Below, one piece after another: positions 39,893-48,749 of a stretch of DNA of 64,000 bases (positions within the stretch are counted from its first letter, which is position 1; each line of letters begins with the position of its first letter). The position numbers and the translations under genes were made by a program. The stretch lies in assembly GCA_943787795.1 (NCBI GenBank), contig CALSNU010000005.1:64001-128000 (forward strand), given 5' to 3'. The notes under the pieces were generated by a model. It had not been told where the DNA came from and ran no database searches. It saw only the letters and a list, made by a program, of their open reading frames with translations. The stretch is from an uncultured bacterium. GTDB taxonomy: Bacteria > Planctomycetota > UBA1135 > GCA-002686595.

Positions 39893-42883
39893 TCAACGGG
39901 TCTGCTGATAGAGCCAGCGATAGCGGCCTGAGAGGGCTCCGTTGCCGAGGCGCGCGCGTATGGCCGCGTCCGTCTCTTCGCCGGAGCAGTACTCATCCAC
40001 CAGCTCGAACTGCAGGTCGTTCTCGAGGGTCAGCACCACGGTATCGATGAGCCGCTTGGCGCTGCCGGTCTTGCGGTCATCCTGGAGGCCCCAGACGTAG
40101 TAGGCGTAGATCGACATGAACTTGGCCTCGTACCAGTCGCAGGCGAACCACTTGTCGCCGGACTGCGCGAAGGTGTTCAGGCGGTCGGTGATGAACTGGA
40201 ACTCCTCCTCGGTGCCGCCAGCACCGCGCGTTGCGGAGACTCGCTCACCGCCGCTGCCGCCGTTGACGGAGCCGAGCATGGCGCGGCTGAGCAGCAGCGT
40301 CGGACGACGCGACTTCAGGACGGCATCGGGCCCGACGATGAGGGGCGCCAGCAGGTTCTTGGCGACCTCCATGTCGCCGAGCTCCACCAGGCACTCAGCC
40401 AGGTCAGGGGTGACCTGGTTGGCCACGGTCTTGCCGTACTTCTCGTCGTCCTTGAAGCGCGAGGCGAGCCGCTCGAGCGGCGCCTTGGCCTTCTCCCATT
40501 CCTGGAGCTCCAGCCACAGCTTGGACTCTGCCCGGAGGTTCTTGAACTCCGGGCTGGTGGTGATGCCGTTGGCCACCTGCAGGGCGCTGGCCATCTCGCC
40601 AGTGACTTGCTGGTAAGCGTTCGCGTCGGGCGTCCCTGCCGCCTCCAGGCGGTCACGTCGCGCCTTGAGCGCCAGGTAGAGGTCGATCGATGCGCTCGCG
40701 GTCTCCGGAGCGTCGGGGTTCGCCTCGACCATCTCGGCCACGATGGCGGCCGCGGCCGCGGCGTCGCCCGACTTGGCGTAGGAGTCAGCGAGCATGGACT
40801 GCGCGCGGATCACGAACTTGCCGGCGTTGCCGTAGGTCGACCCGTAGTTGCGGAGCTCGCTGATGACCGTCGCGAAGCCGCTGTCGTCCGCGCCCTCGGA
40901 CTTTCGATAGCGACTGTTGGCGATCACGTGGTCGATGTAGGCGCGGTAGAACTCGGCGCGCGAGAGGGCCTGGCTGCGGCGCGCCTCCTCGAGCGGGCTC
41001 GTGGGGGTGAACTCGGGGTCCTTCGCGCGACCGGTCAGGTAGCCGTCGAAGGCCTTCCGTGCGCCCGAGAGGTCCTTGTTGGAGAGCTTGCAGAGCCCGA
41101 TCTGGATCTGCGCCAGCTCGTAGAAGCCGTCGGCGGGCTGGATCTGCTGGTACTCGGCGATGGCGCCCTCCCAGTCTCGATCGCCGCGTCGCTTCTCGCC
41201 GCGGTTGAAGATGATCTCGTCGGCTGAGCCCTCCTCGTCAAACTGGATGACGAAGTTCTCGGCCTCGCGGACCATCGCGGCCACGTCGTCCTGCCGCTCG
41301 AGCCCGAGGTTGCGCGCCCAGGCCTTGATGGTGTTCTGGTAACCGCGCGCGTTCGAGCGGTTGAAGTCATTGTCGCGCCAGTTGATGAGCGCCTCACGGA
41401 AGGCCATGGCAGCCTCGAGCTGGCGGTCTTGGCGTCGCAGGGTGAGGCCCATGCCGTTGTAGACCTTCGCGCCGAACTCGACCCGGTCCGCGGGGTCGAG
41501 CGCGTCGAGCCGCGTCAGCAGTTCACGGTAGCCAGCCAGGGCCTCCTCGTAGTTCTCGCCCGCGCGCTTCGCGTCGGCGGCCTGGAGGAGCTGAGCCGGG
41601 GGGATCTCGATACCCGGCCGCTCGTTGATCGAGGCGATGAGCTCCCCGCCCTTCCGGGCAGCCTCGCTGCCGGGGTTGTCCGTCGCGATTTGCTTGGCGA
41701 GGTCGAGGGCGAAGGTGATGCTGTCGCGCTGCTGGCGACGGGACTTCACCGCCTCGCGCATCTCGGCCTCGGTGGCGAACCACTGGGCTCGACCCTGGCC
41801 GAGGTCGCCGCCGATGAACCCGCCGGCGTCCACGAGGGTGCTCGCGAACTCGAGCATGGCCGTGTTACCGAGCACAGAGAGCGAGAAGCCCTCCTGGCGG
41901 TAGAGGTTGTAGAAGAAGAGACCCGCGGTGATCGCGCCCTCAAGCTCACCGAGGTCCCTCGAGGTGCCCTGGACGCCGGGGATGACGAGCTCGACATATA
42001 GGAAGCGCTTCTGCTTGATGTCGAGGGGGAGCTTGGACCACTCGAGCATCTCCTCCCGCTCCGTGGGGTCGATGGGGATCACGCTGTTGATCACGCCGAG
42101 GTAGAAGTCACGGGCCTCCTCAGGGAAGCCGGTGCTCGCGTAGACGTCGCCGATGCCCGCGTTGGCGCGCAGGGCGATCTCGGTGCCCTCGCCCACATCA
42201 AAGATGAGCTCCGAGTACGTCTCGATGGCCTGCTCGCTGAAGAACGCATCGTCCGGCGTGGCGGCGCTGATCCGTGCGTAGAGCCCGGCCTTGTCCAGCA
42301 TCAGGACATCCCGCTTGGTCTTGAGCGCGGGGGTCATGGGGTCCGTCGCGTCGATCTCTTCGATGAGCTCCTCGCACAGGCGGACGGACTTCTCCAGCAC
42401 CTCGACCTTGCGCGCTCGGAGCGCCTCGGCTTCCTCGCCGACGGCATCCTCGAGGGAGATGTCGAGGCTGCGCGCATAGAAGCTGGCGAGCTCCACCATC
42501 GTGCGCTGGGCATCGATGCGATTGTCCGCGCCCATGTTGGCGTTGACGTAGTCCTCGTAGGCGCTGAGCGACTGCTCGAAGAGCTCGTTGCGACGGGCGG
42601 GGTCCGACGAAGCCTTGGCGCCGATGTAGTAGATGTCACAGCGGACGAGGTCGAGCTCGGACTCCATTCGGCCGGAGACACCCGCGTCGGCCACGTTGTC
42701 GAGGACCTTGTTGGCCATGTCGACGAAGGCCCACTGCTTGGCGAGGCCGCGCGCGAAGTTGATCTCCGCCTCGACGGCCTTCTCGGAGCTCGACTGAGCG
42801 CCGGCCGGCAGGGCAAGGCCGAGCGCGGCGGTGAGGAGGACGAGCTGACGGGGGAGGGTGCAGGCGCTGAGTGAGATGGTCAT
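39893..42883 (-). CDS. Large (about 996 aa) exported TPR-like alpha-solenoid protein
   Basis: Signal LVLLTAALGLALPAGA-Q. Many TPR-like units (e.g. ANAGIGDVYASTGFPEEARDFY, FNRGEKRRGDRDWEGAIAEYQQI). Stop overlaps the upstream region of the next gene. Confidence 0.75.
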   Translation of the reverse strand: MTISLSACTLPRQLVLLTAALGLALPAGAQSSSEKAVEAEINFARGLAKQWAFVDMANKVLDNVADAGVSGRMESELDLVRCDIYYIGAKASSDPARRNELFEQSLSAYEDYVNANMGADNRIDAQRTMVELASFYARSLDISLEDAVGEEAEALRARKVEVLEKSVRLCEELIEEIDATDPMTPALKTKRDVLMLDKAGLYARISAATPDDAFFSEQAIETYSELIFDVGEGTEIALRANAGIGDVYASTGFPEEARDFYLGVINSVIPIDPTEREEMLEWSKLPLDIKQKRFLYVELVIPGVQGTSRDLGELEGAITAGLFFYNLYRQEGFSLSVLGNTAMLEFASTLVDAGGFIGGDLGQGRAQWFATEAEMREAVKSRRQQRDSITFALDLAKQIATDNPGSEAARKGGELIASINERPGIEIPPAQLLQAADAKRAGENYEEALAGYRELLTRLDALDPADRVEFGAKVYNGMGLTLRRQDRQLEAAMAFREALINWRDNDFNRSNARGYQNTIKAWARNLGLERQDDVAAMVREAENFVIQFDEEGSADEIIFNRGEKRRGDRDWEGAIAEYQQIQPADGFYELAQIQIGLCKLSNKDLSGARKAFDGYLTGRAKDPEFTPTSPLEEARRSQALSRAEFYRAYIDHVIANSRYRKSEGADDSGFATVISELRNYGSTYGNAGKFVIRAQSMLADSYAKSGDAAAAAAIVAEMVEANPDAPETASASIDLYLALKARRDRLEAAGTPDANAYQQVTGEMASALQVANGITTSPEFKNLRAESKLWLELQEWEKAKAPLERLASRFKDDEKYGKTVANQVTPDLAECLVELGDMEVAKNLLAPLIVGPDAVLKSRRPTLLLSRAMLGSVNGGSGGERVSATRGAGGTEEEFQFITDRLNTFAQSGDKWFACDWYEAKFMSIYAYYVWGLQDDRKTGSAKRLIDTVVLTLENDLQFELVDEYCSGEETDAAIRARLGNGALSGRYRWLYQQTR

Positions 42884-43183
42884 GTTCGTTCGTCGCAATC
42901 GCAGAGCCTCGCTGGGGGAGGCTGGCGGTGGGCTTCGACCGGGTCTTAGTCCGCTGGATGAAGGGGGTGACCAAGAGCTCGTCGAGGAATCCAAAAGGAT
43001 GCCCCTGTCACTCGAGGAGACCAGGAAGCGGGCGGGAGAGGATACGGCAAGCGGGCGCGACTGGGAACGGCTGAGCCCAGCTCTGCGGGCGCTATCTGGC
43101 GATACAAGAGAGCCGCCGGGCGGCCCGCAGATGCGGACCGCCCGGCGGCGGAGGACTTGGCGCCCCTCAGGAGGGGCGGGCCA

Positions 43184-45817
43184 TCAGAAGTCGCGGCCGA
43201 GCTCGGCGTCGGTCGGCGCGTCTTCCTTGGGGATCACGATCACACCCTTGAGCAGGATCAGGAGCTTGCGGTTGGCGGTGTAGTTGCCCTTCCGCTCGAA
43301 CAGGAAGTTCAGCAGCGGGATCTTGTTCAGGAACGGGACGCCGGAGCGCTGGTCCTGCTTGGTGGACTCCTTCAGGCCGCCGAGGAGAACGGTGCCGCCA
43401 TCCATGATGGGGATGGAGGTCCGAACGCGCTCGATGGAGACCTCGGGCAGCTGGATGGTGACCGAGTTCTGGGTGCCGAGGGTGGTCGGCTTGTCCTGAA
43501 TCGGGCGCTTCAGCTTGGCGATCGTCGGGCGCAGCTCGAGGGTGATGAAGCGACGGTCGGCCGAGACCACCGGGCGCACGTCGAGCACCACGCCGTCCTG
43601 GATGACGTTGATGATCGGGTCGGCGATGGAGGCCGCCTGGGCGATCTGGACGTCGAAGTCAGAGACGTAGGCGACCTGGTTGAGCACCGAGATGTTGGCC
43701 CGGGCGCCGTTGTTCACCAGCAGTCGCGGGGCGACCACGGACTCGCGGCGCTCGCTCTTGGAGACCGCGCGCAGGATGAGCTCCAGCTGCAGGTCGTTCA
43801 GGAAGGACCACTGGAAGGACAGTCCACCGGAAGCCTGGAAGGTGTCCGAGCCGAGCTGGGTGTCGTAGAGGTCCTCGACGCGGCCGCGGTAGCTACCGTC
43901 AGCGCCGTCGTCGAAGTAGGCACCGACATCGCTCGTGCGACCGATGACGTCGCCGAACTCCGAGGAGCCGTCGCCGAAGTCGTTGAACTCGACGCCGTTC
44001 GGGCCGGGGCCGGGGAGGCCGAGGCCGCGGAAGTCGACGCCGATGTCCTCGAGGAAGCTGTCCTCGACGCGCATGAAGCGCGCTTGGATGTCGACCAGGA
44101 TGCCGGTGGACTCGCGGAGGTCGTCAAGGAGGTCCTTGATCTTGCCCTGCACCTCGGGGGTCTGGCTCACCACCAGCGTGCCCTTCTCCGTGACCCGGAT
44201 CGAGTTGGCCGGATCGTCGCCCCAGCTGTTCGGGGCGATGTTGTTCTGGATCAGCTCCTCGAGCTCACCGGTGCCGATCACGTTGGCCTCGCGCTCGGGC
44301 AGGTCCTCCTCCGGGATGGGGAGACCGTCGGAGGGGGAGATGTTGATGTCGGGCCCGGGGTAGTCCGGGATCGGCGTCACGAGGTCGGCCACCGAGTAGG
44401 TCGCGCTGACCTGACCGCCGGTCATCTCGCTGTCGGTCACGAACAGCACCACGCCGTCCTCGATCTTCCAGCTCATGCCCTCGGTGAGCAGCGCGATCAT
44501 GTCGAGGATCTGCGTGACGCTCCTGTCAGAGACGTCCAGGTCGACGGCCACCTCGTCCTCTCCGATCTCGTCGTAGACGAGGGAGCTGATCTGGAAGTTG
44601 ACGCCGCTCTGGGCCTGCAGGAAGTTCGCGACGCTCGAGAGCGCAGCGGGGCCGTCCTCATCGCCGAAGCGGGCGGGGACCACCGTTTGGTTCAGGCGCT
44701 CGAGGACCGCGGCGCGCTCGGGGTCGATCGCGGTCTCGATCTGAATGCTCGAGAAGGAGCGGCGCTGGCTCACTTCCTTCCAGCGGTCCAGATCGAAGAT
44801 CAGGGGCTGCGTCTGCGGGACGTCCATGGTCCGCAGGTCGTCGAAGGTGCGGAGCCACTCCTCGCGGTAGTCGCGGCGCTGGCGCTCATCGACCTTGGCG
44901 TGGCCGGCGGCGCGGGAGGTCTCAAGGAGCTCCTGGGCGGCCTCGCTGCCGGGGTCGGCCACGAGGATGAGCTGGGCGAACTTCGAAGCCTCGTCGTAGT
45001 TCTCGGCCATGAAGGCGGAGTTGGCGCGCTCGTAGTAGCTGCTCAGCTTGTTGCGGACGCGGTCGCGCTCGGCGGCCTCCATGCGGGCGACCTCCTCGGC
45101 AGCGGCGGAGCGCTGCTGGGCCAGCTCAAGCTGCTCGGCCTCGTCGCGGGCGATGAGCGCCTCCTTCAGCTTGTTGCTCACCAGGCGCTCGTCGAGCGAG
45201 TTGGTGGCGATCAGCGGATCGATGCGGAGGATCGTCTCGGCCTGACGGAAGCTCTCGATGGCGCGGTCGTAGTCGCCGGCCCTCATGGCAGCCTCGCCCT
45301 TGGCGTCCCACTCTTCAGCGCGAGCGCGCGTCATCGTCTGCTTGACGAGGTAGCGGTCCGCCTCGGAGGCGAAGGCCTCGCCGCCCTGGGCGAGGGGGTC
45401 GCCCATCATCGCCTCGACCTTGCGGAACCCCTCGCGGGCCGACTGGTTCGAGGGGTCCATCTGGACGGCCTCTGAGTAGAGCACCAGGGCTCCCTTCAGG
45501 TCCGAACGGCTGAGGGCCTCCGCGGCGCGCGCAGCGAACTGCTCGGAGAGCACCTTGCTCTTCTGCATTCGCACGAGCGCGGTGTTGAAGCTCTCGTCGG
45601 CACCGTCATCGCCGTCGTCCTCCTGAACGACCACGTTGGTGGCCAGGGCGAAGTCAGCGTCTTCGCTAGCGGCGGCCGCCACGTTTGAGGTGAAAAGGTC
45701 ACTGGACTCCGTTGTCGCGGTCTCCGCGACAGCGTCGGTGGAGACGCTCGGGTCGGTGCCTACGCATGCGACGGATGCCGCGATCAGGAACGGGAGGTAG
45801 GAAAGACTTGTCCGCAT
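43184..45817 (-). CDS. Secretin-family outer-membrane protein (paralogue 1), lipoprotein with TPR/coiled-coil N-terminus
   Basis: Lipobox SVAC. TLVVSQTPEVQGKIKDLLDDLRE, VDIQARFMRV, GVVLDVRPVVSADRRFITLELRPTI, MDGGTVLLGGL, SGVPFLNKIPLLNFLF, LLILLKGVIV. Confidence 0.9.
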   Translation of the reverse strand: MRTSLSYLPFLIAASVACVGTDPSVSTDAVAETATTESSDLFTSNVAAAASEDADFALATNVVVQEDDGDDGADESFNTALVRMQKSKVLSEQFAARAAEALSRSDLKGALVLYSEAVQMDPSNQSAREGFRKVEAMMGDPLAQGGEAFASEADRYLVKQTMTRARAEEWDAKGEAAMRAGDYDRAIESFRQAETILRIDPLIATNSLDERLVSNKLKEALIARDEAEQLELAQQRSAAAEEVARMEAAERDRVRNKLSSYYERANSAFMAENYDEASKFAQLILVADPGSEAAQELLETSRAAGHAKVDERQRRDYREEWLRTFDDLRTMDVPQTQPLIFDLDRWKEVSQRRSFSSIQIETAIDPERAAVLERLNQTVVPARFGDEDGPAALSSVANFLQAQSGVNFQISSLVYDEIGEDEVAVDLDVSDRSVTQILDMIALLTEGMSWKIEDGVVLFVTDSEMTGGQVSATYSVADLVTPIPDYPGPDINISPSDGLPIPEEDLPEREANVIGTGELEELIQNNIAPNSWGDDPANSIRVTEKGTLVVSQTPEVQGKIKDLLDDLRESTGILVDIQARFMRVEDSFLEDIGVDFRGLGLPGPGPNGVEFNDFGDGSSEFGDVIGRTSDVGAYFDDGADGSYRGRVEDLYDTQLGSDTFQASGGLSFQWSFLNDLQLELILRAVSKSERRESVVAPRLLVNNGARANISVLNQVAYVSDFDVQIAQAASIADPIINVIQDGVVLDVRPVVSADRRFITLELRPTIAKLKRPIQDKPTTLGTQNSVTIQLPEVSIERVRTSIPIMDGGTVLLGGLKESTKQDQRSGVPFLNKIPLLNFLFERKGNYTANRKLLILLKGVIVIPKEDAPTDAELGRDF

Positions 45818-46294
45818 GGATCGAGTCAGACGCGTGGGGGTCGTCGGGGGGAGATGACGGTCGTCCGCCCCAGTTCGTCGCCGACGCAGTCGGCGATGGG
45901 GGACAGGAGCGAACGCTGGGGGGGATTCGTGCCCAGGGCAACCAAGAGGGTCGCTTCTGAGCGCGTGGAACGGGACGCGGGGCGGTTCGAAGAACGGGTT
46001 GGTGGGGGGATCTCGCGTCCGTTGCTGAGGCTCCGGGCCGTTGCTGGCCGCGGCGACATTCAGCTTCGAGAGCCACCGCTAGCGCGGCGGAGCCCGATGG
46101 AGCGCCTCTATTGGGCTTCGGAGAGTACGGTTCCTGTGCAGAAGGGTCAACGGGCACCCAGTTCTCAGATAGCTCGCCTCCGATATAGATCGCGTCGCGA
46201 GCGGTTACCGGTGGCGGCGCGGTGTCCTCGCTGAAGATCTCGGGCGGATCCGTCGATGCCCGCAGCGCCTCGTTGTTTGGACGCCGAGGGGCGC

Positions 46295-47275
46295 TCAGGG
46301 GGTCCGACGGGGAAGCCCAGCCGCGTCCATGGCCAGCTGAATGTCCTCCCACGCCTTGCGCTTCTCGTGGGGGGACCGGAGCAGGTACTCCGGATGGAAG
46401 GTGGGGACGACCTTGCGCCCCATGTGGTCATGCACCTTGCCCCGCAGGCGTCCCAGGGGGGCGTCGACGCCCAGGAGGTGCCCGGCCGCGTGGCGGCCGA
46501 GGGGAATGATCACCAGCGGGTCCACAAGCTCGATCTGGCGCTCCAGCCACGCGGAGCAAAGGGCCTGCTCCTCCGGGAGCGGGTCCCTGCTCTCGGGCGG
46601 TCGGCACTTGACCACGTTCGCGATGTAGACGTCCTCACGGGCGATTCCCATCCCCTTTGAGATGATGTCATTCAGGAGGTCTCCCGCGGCGCCCACGAAG
46701 GGGACGCCCTGCCTGTCCTCGTCCTCGCCAGGGGCCTCGCCGAGGAAGAGGATCCGTCGGGAGCCGGTGCCGTCGCCGAACACGGTCTGCGTGCGCGTGG
46801 ACGCCAGCCCACAGGCCGTGCAGTCCGCAACGCAGGCCTCGAGCTCGCCGAGGTCTCGGGCGCCAGACGCTCGATCCTCCAGGTCTTTCGGGCGAGCGTC
46901 CGCTGCGCTTTCGGCAGTGGAGGGGGCAGCGCCCCGGCCTCCAGCTGCAGCAGGCGCGGCGGCAGGGGCGGCAGCAGGGGCGGCAGCAGGGGCGGCAGCA
47001 GGGGCGGCGGTACGGGCGGCTGCTGGGACGGCTGTTGCGGGCCCTCCGCCAGCGGGAGCGGCATCGGAGGAGCGGGGCCCAGGAGGCGCGGCATGGGCAG
47101 CGGGCAGGTCCTTCGCGGGGCGCGGTGGCGTCGCCGGTAGGGCGTCCAGCCGTGCGATGCGGCGAGTCCCCATGGCCTCGCGGCGGCCGAGGGCGTGCTG
47201 TAGCGCGAGAGCGAGCCCGGCGATATCGCCTTCGGGGCTCCCCGAGGAGCCCTCCTGGGGGTTGTCCTGGCTCAT
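46295..47275 (-). CDS. Uracil-DNA glycosylase family 4 (Fe-S) with Ala/Pro-rich linker
   Basis: CTACGL, GEAPGEDED..G.PFVGAAG, IANVVKCRPP, TFHPEYLLR. ATGA overlap with mtaB. Confidence 0.92.
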   Translation of the reverse strand: MSQDNPQEGSSGSPEGDIAGLALALQHALGRREAMGTRRIARLDALPATPPRPAKDLPAAHAAPPGPRSSDAAPAGGGPATAVPAAARTAAPAAAPAAAPAAAPAAAPAAAGGRGAAPSTAESAADARPKDLEDRASGARDLGELEACVADCTACGLASTRTQTVFGDGTGSRRILFLGEAPGEDEDRQGVPFVGAAGDLLNDIISKGMGIAREDVYIANVVKCRPPESRDPLPEEQALCSAWLERQIELVDPLVIIPLGRHAAGHLLGVDAPLGRLRGKVHDHMGRKVVPTFHPEYLLRSPHEKRKAWEDIQLAMDAAGLPRRTP

Positions 47276-48714
47276 TTCGAGACCTCTGCTGGCCGTTCCG
47301 AGCTGCCCGGAGCCCTCACGTCGCCCACGGATCGCCCTAGAACGAGTGGCCCCGTGTCTCGCGTTGGACCGGCCACTCCCAGGGGGCGGCCCCTGAGGCG
47401 GCTGACCTCGCGCCCGTCCGCCGCGGTCTCGACGGTGCACTCCAGGGTCACATCCAGGGCGTCGGGGGGCACCCCCGCGATGTGGTCAGGGTCGACCGAA
47501 ACCCGTTGATAGCGGCCGGAGAGGCCCACAAAGCCCTCGAGGACCACCCGGTCGCGGGCGCCGTGGAGCTCCCGCCGGAAGGCCTCTTCCCAACCGCTTG
47601 CGGCCTCGGAGAGCGCCGCACGGCGCGCCCGGGAGGCCTCCGGAGGGACCCTGGAGCCCATCGAGGCGGCGGCTGTGCCTGGCCGAGGAGAGAACGGGAA
47701 GACGTGGACCTTGGTGAATCCGGCCTCCTCCGCAGTAGCGAGGGTGCGCTCGAAGTCGGCGTCGGTCTCTCCGGGGAATCCGACGAGGATGTCCGCGGTG
47801 AACGCGGGTCGATCGAGGCGGGCCCGGATCCGGTGACAGGCCTCCAGGTACTCCGCGACCGTATACCAGCGGTTCATGGCCTTGAGCACCGGGTCAGCAC
47901 CGGACTGCATGGGCATGTGGAGGTGGGGGGCGATCCGGTCCGGTCGCTCCGCCATGAGGGACACCATGTCGTCGTCGACCTCGGTCGCCTCGATGGACGA
48001 CACCCGCAGCCGCCACTCGACGGGGGCACCGTCAGGACCGGTGGCCTCCACCTTCACCAGGCGCTGGAGGAGGGCCGAGAAGCTGGAGTCGATGTCCAGG
48101 CCCCAGTGCCCGATATGGATGCCGCAGAGCACGATCTCCACGTGCCCCGAGGCCACGAGGCGCTCGACCTCGGCGGCCAGCTCCTCTGCCGGGCGGCTGG
48201 TGCTACGGCCGCGAACGTGGGGGATAATGCAGAACGCGCAGCGCTTGTCGCAGCCGTCCTGAATCTTGAGGAAGGCCCTCCGGTGGCCCGCGAATTCGGT
48301 GATCCCGGCGGGAATGCCGAGCTCCTCTGGGCCCACCTCCTGCCCGATCTGGCGCAGGAAGTTGACCGGGCGCTTGGCCTCGCCGTTGCCGAGGACCCAC
48401 TCCACATTGGGGATCTCGCGCAGGATCTCGGGCTCGGACTCCGCCAGGCAGCCCGTCACCGCCACCCTCGCCTCGGGGGTCTCGCGACCGATCCGGCGAA
48501 TCAGCTGGCGCGCCTTGCGGCCGGCCTCCGCCGTCACGGTGCAGGTGTTCACGACGACCAGGTCAGCCCCAGGGCCGGTCTCCTCGAGCCCCCGCCGCCC
48601 CAGGGCCTCCCGGAGGACCTGGGTGTCGTACTGGTTGGCTTTGCACCCGAAGGTGACGAAGCGCACGGAACCCGGCGCGTCCCTGTCGTTCGATCCTCCG
48701 CCCAGACTCTCCAT
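47272..48714 (-). CDS. mtaB: tRNA t6A37 methylthiotransferase (MtaB-like radical SAM)
   Basis: TFGCKANQYDT, NTCTVTAEA, VTGC, LKIQDGCDKRCAFCIIP, ADILVGFPGET, HVFPFSPRPGT. Confidence 0.85.
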   Translation of the reverse strand: MESLGGGSNDRDAPGSVRFVTFGCKANQYDTQVLREALGRRGLEETGPGADLVVVNTCTVTAEAGRKARQLIRRIGRETPEARVAVTGCLAESEPEILREIPNVEWVLGNGEAKRPVNFLRQIGQEVGPEELGIPAGITEFAGHRRAFLKIQDGCDKRCAFCIIPHVRGRSTSRPAEELAAEVERLVASGHVEIVLCGIHIGHWGLDIDSSFSALLQRLVKVEATGPDGAPVEWRLRVSSIEATEVDDDMVSLMAERPDRIAPHLHMPMQSGADPVLKAMNRWYTVAEYLEACHRIRARLDRPAFTADILVGFPGETDADFERTLATAEEAGFTKVHVFPFSPRPGTAAASMGSRVPPEASRARRAALSEAASGWEEAFRRELHGARDRVVLEGFVGLSGRYQRVSVDPDHIAGVPPDALDVTLECTVETAADGREVSRLRGRPLGVAGPTRDTGPLVLGRSVGDVRAPGSSERPAEVSK

Positions 48715-48749
48715 GGGGGGCATGGTAGCCGAAGCGGAGCGCCCACCCC

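Noticed and set aside
43157..45475. 772-aa plus-strand ORF
   Set aside because: Antisense shadow of the secretin gene.
32451..45817. Calling the locus a T2SS, T3SS or type IV pilus system
   Set aside because: Only secretins are present; no ATPase, pilins, platform or export apparatus in the window.
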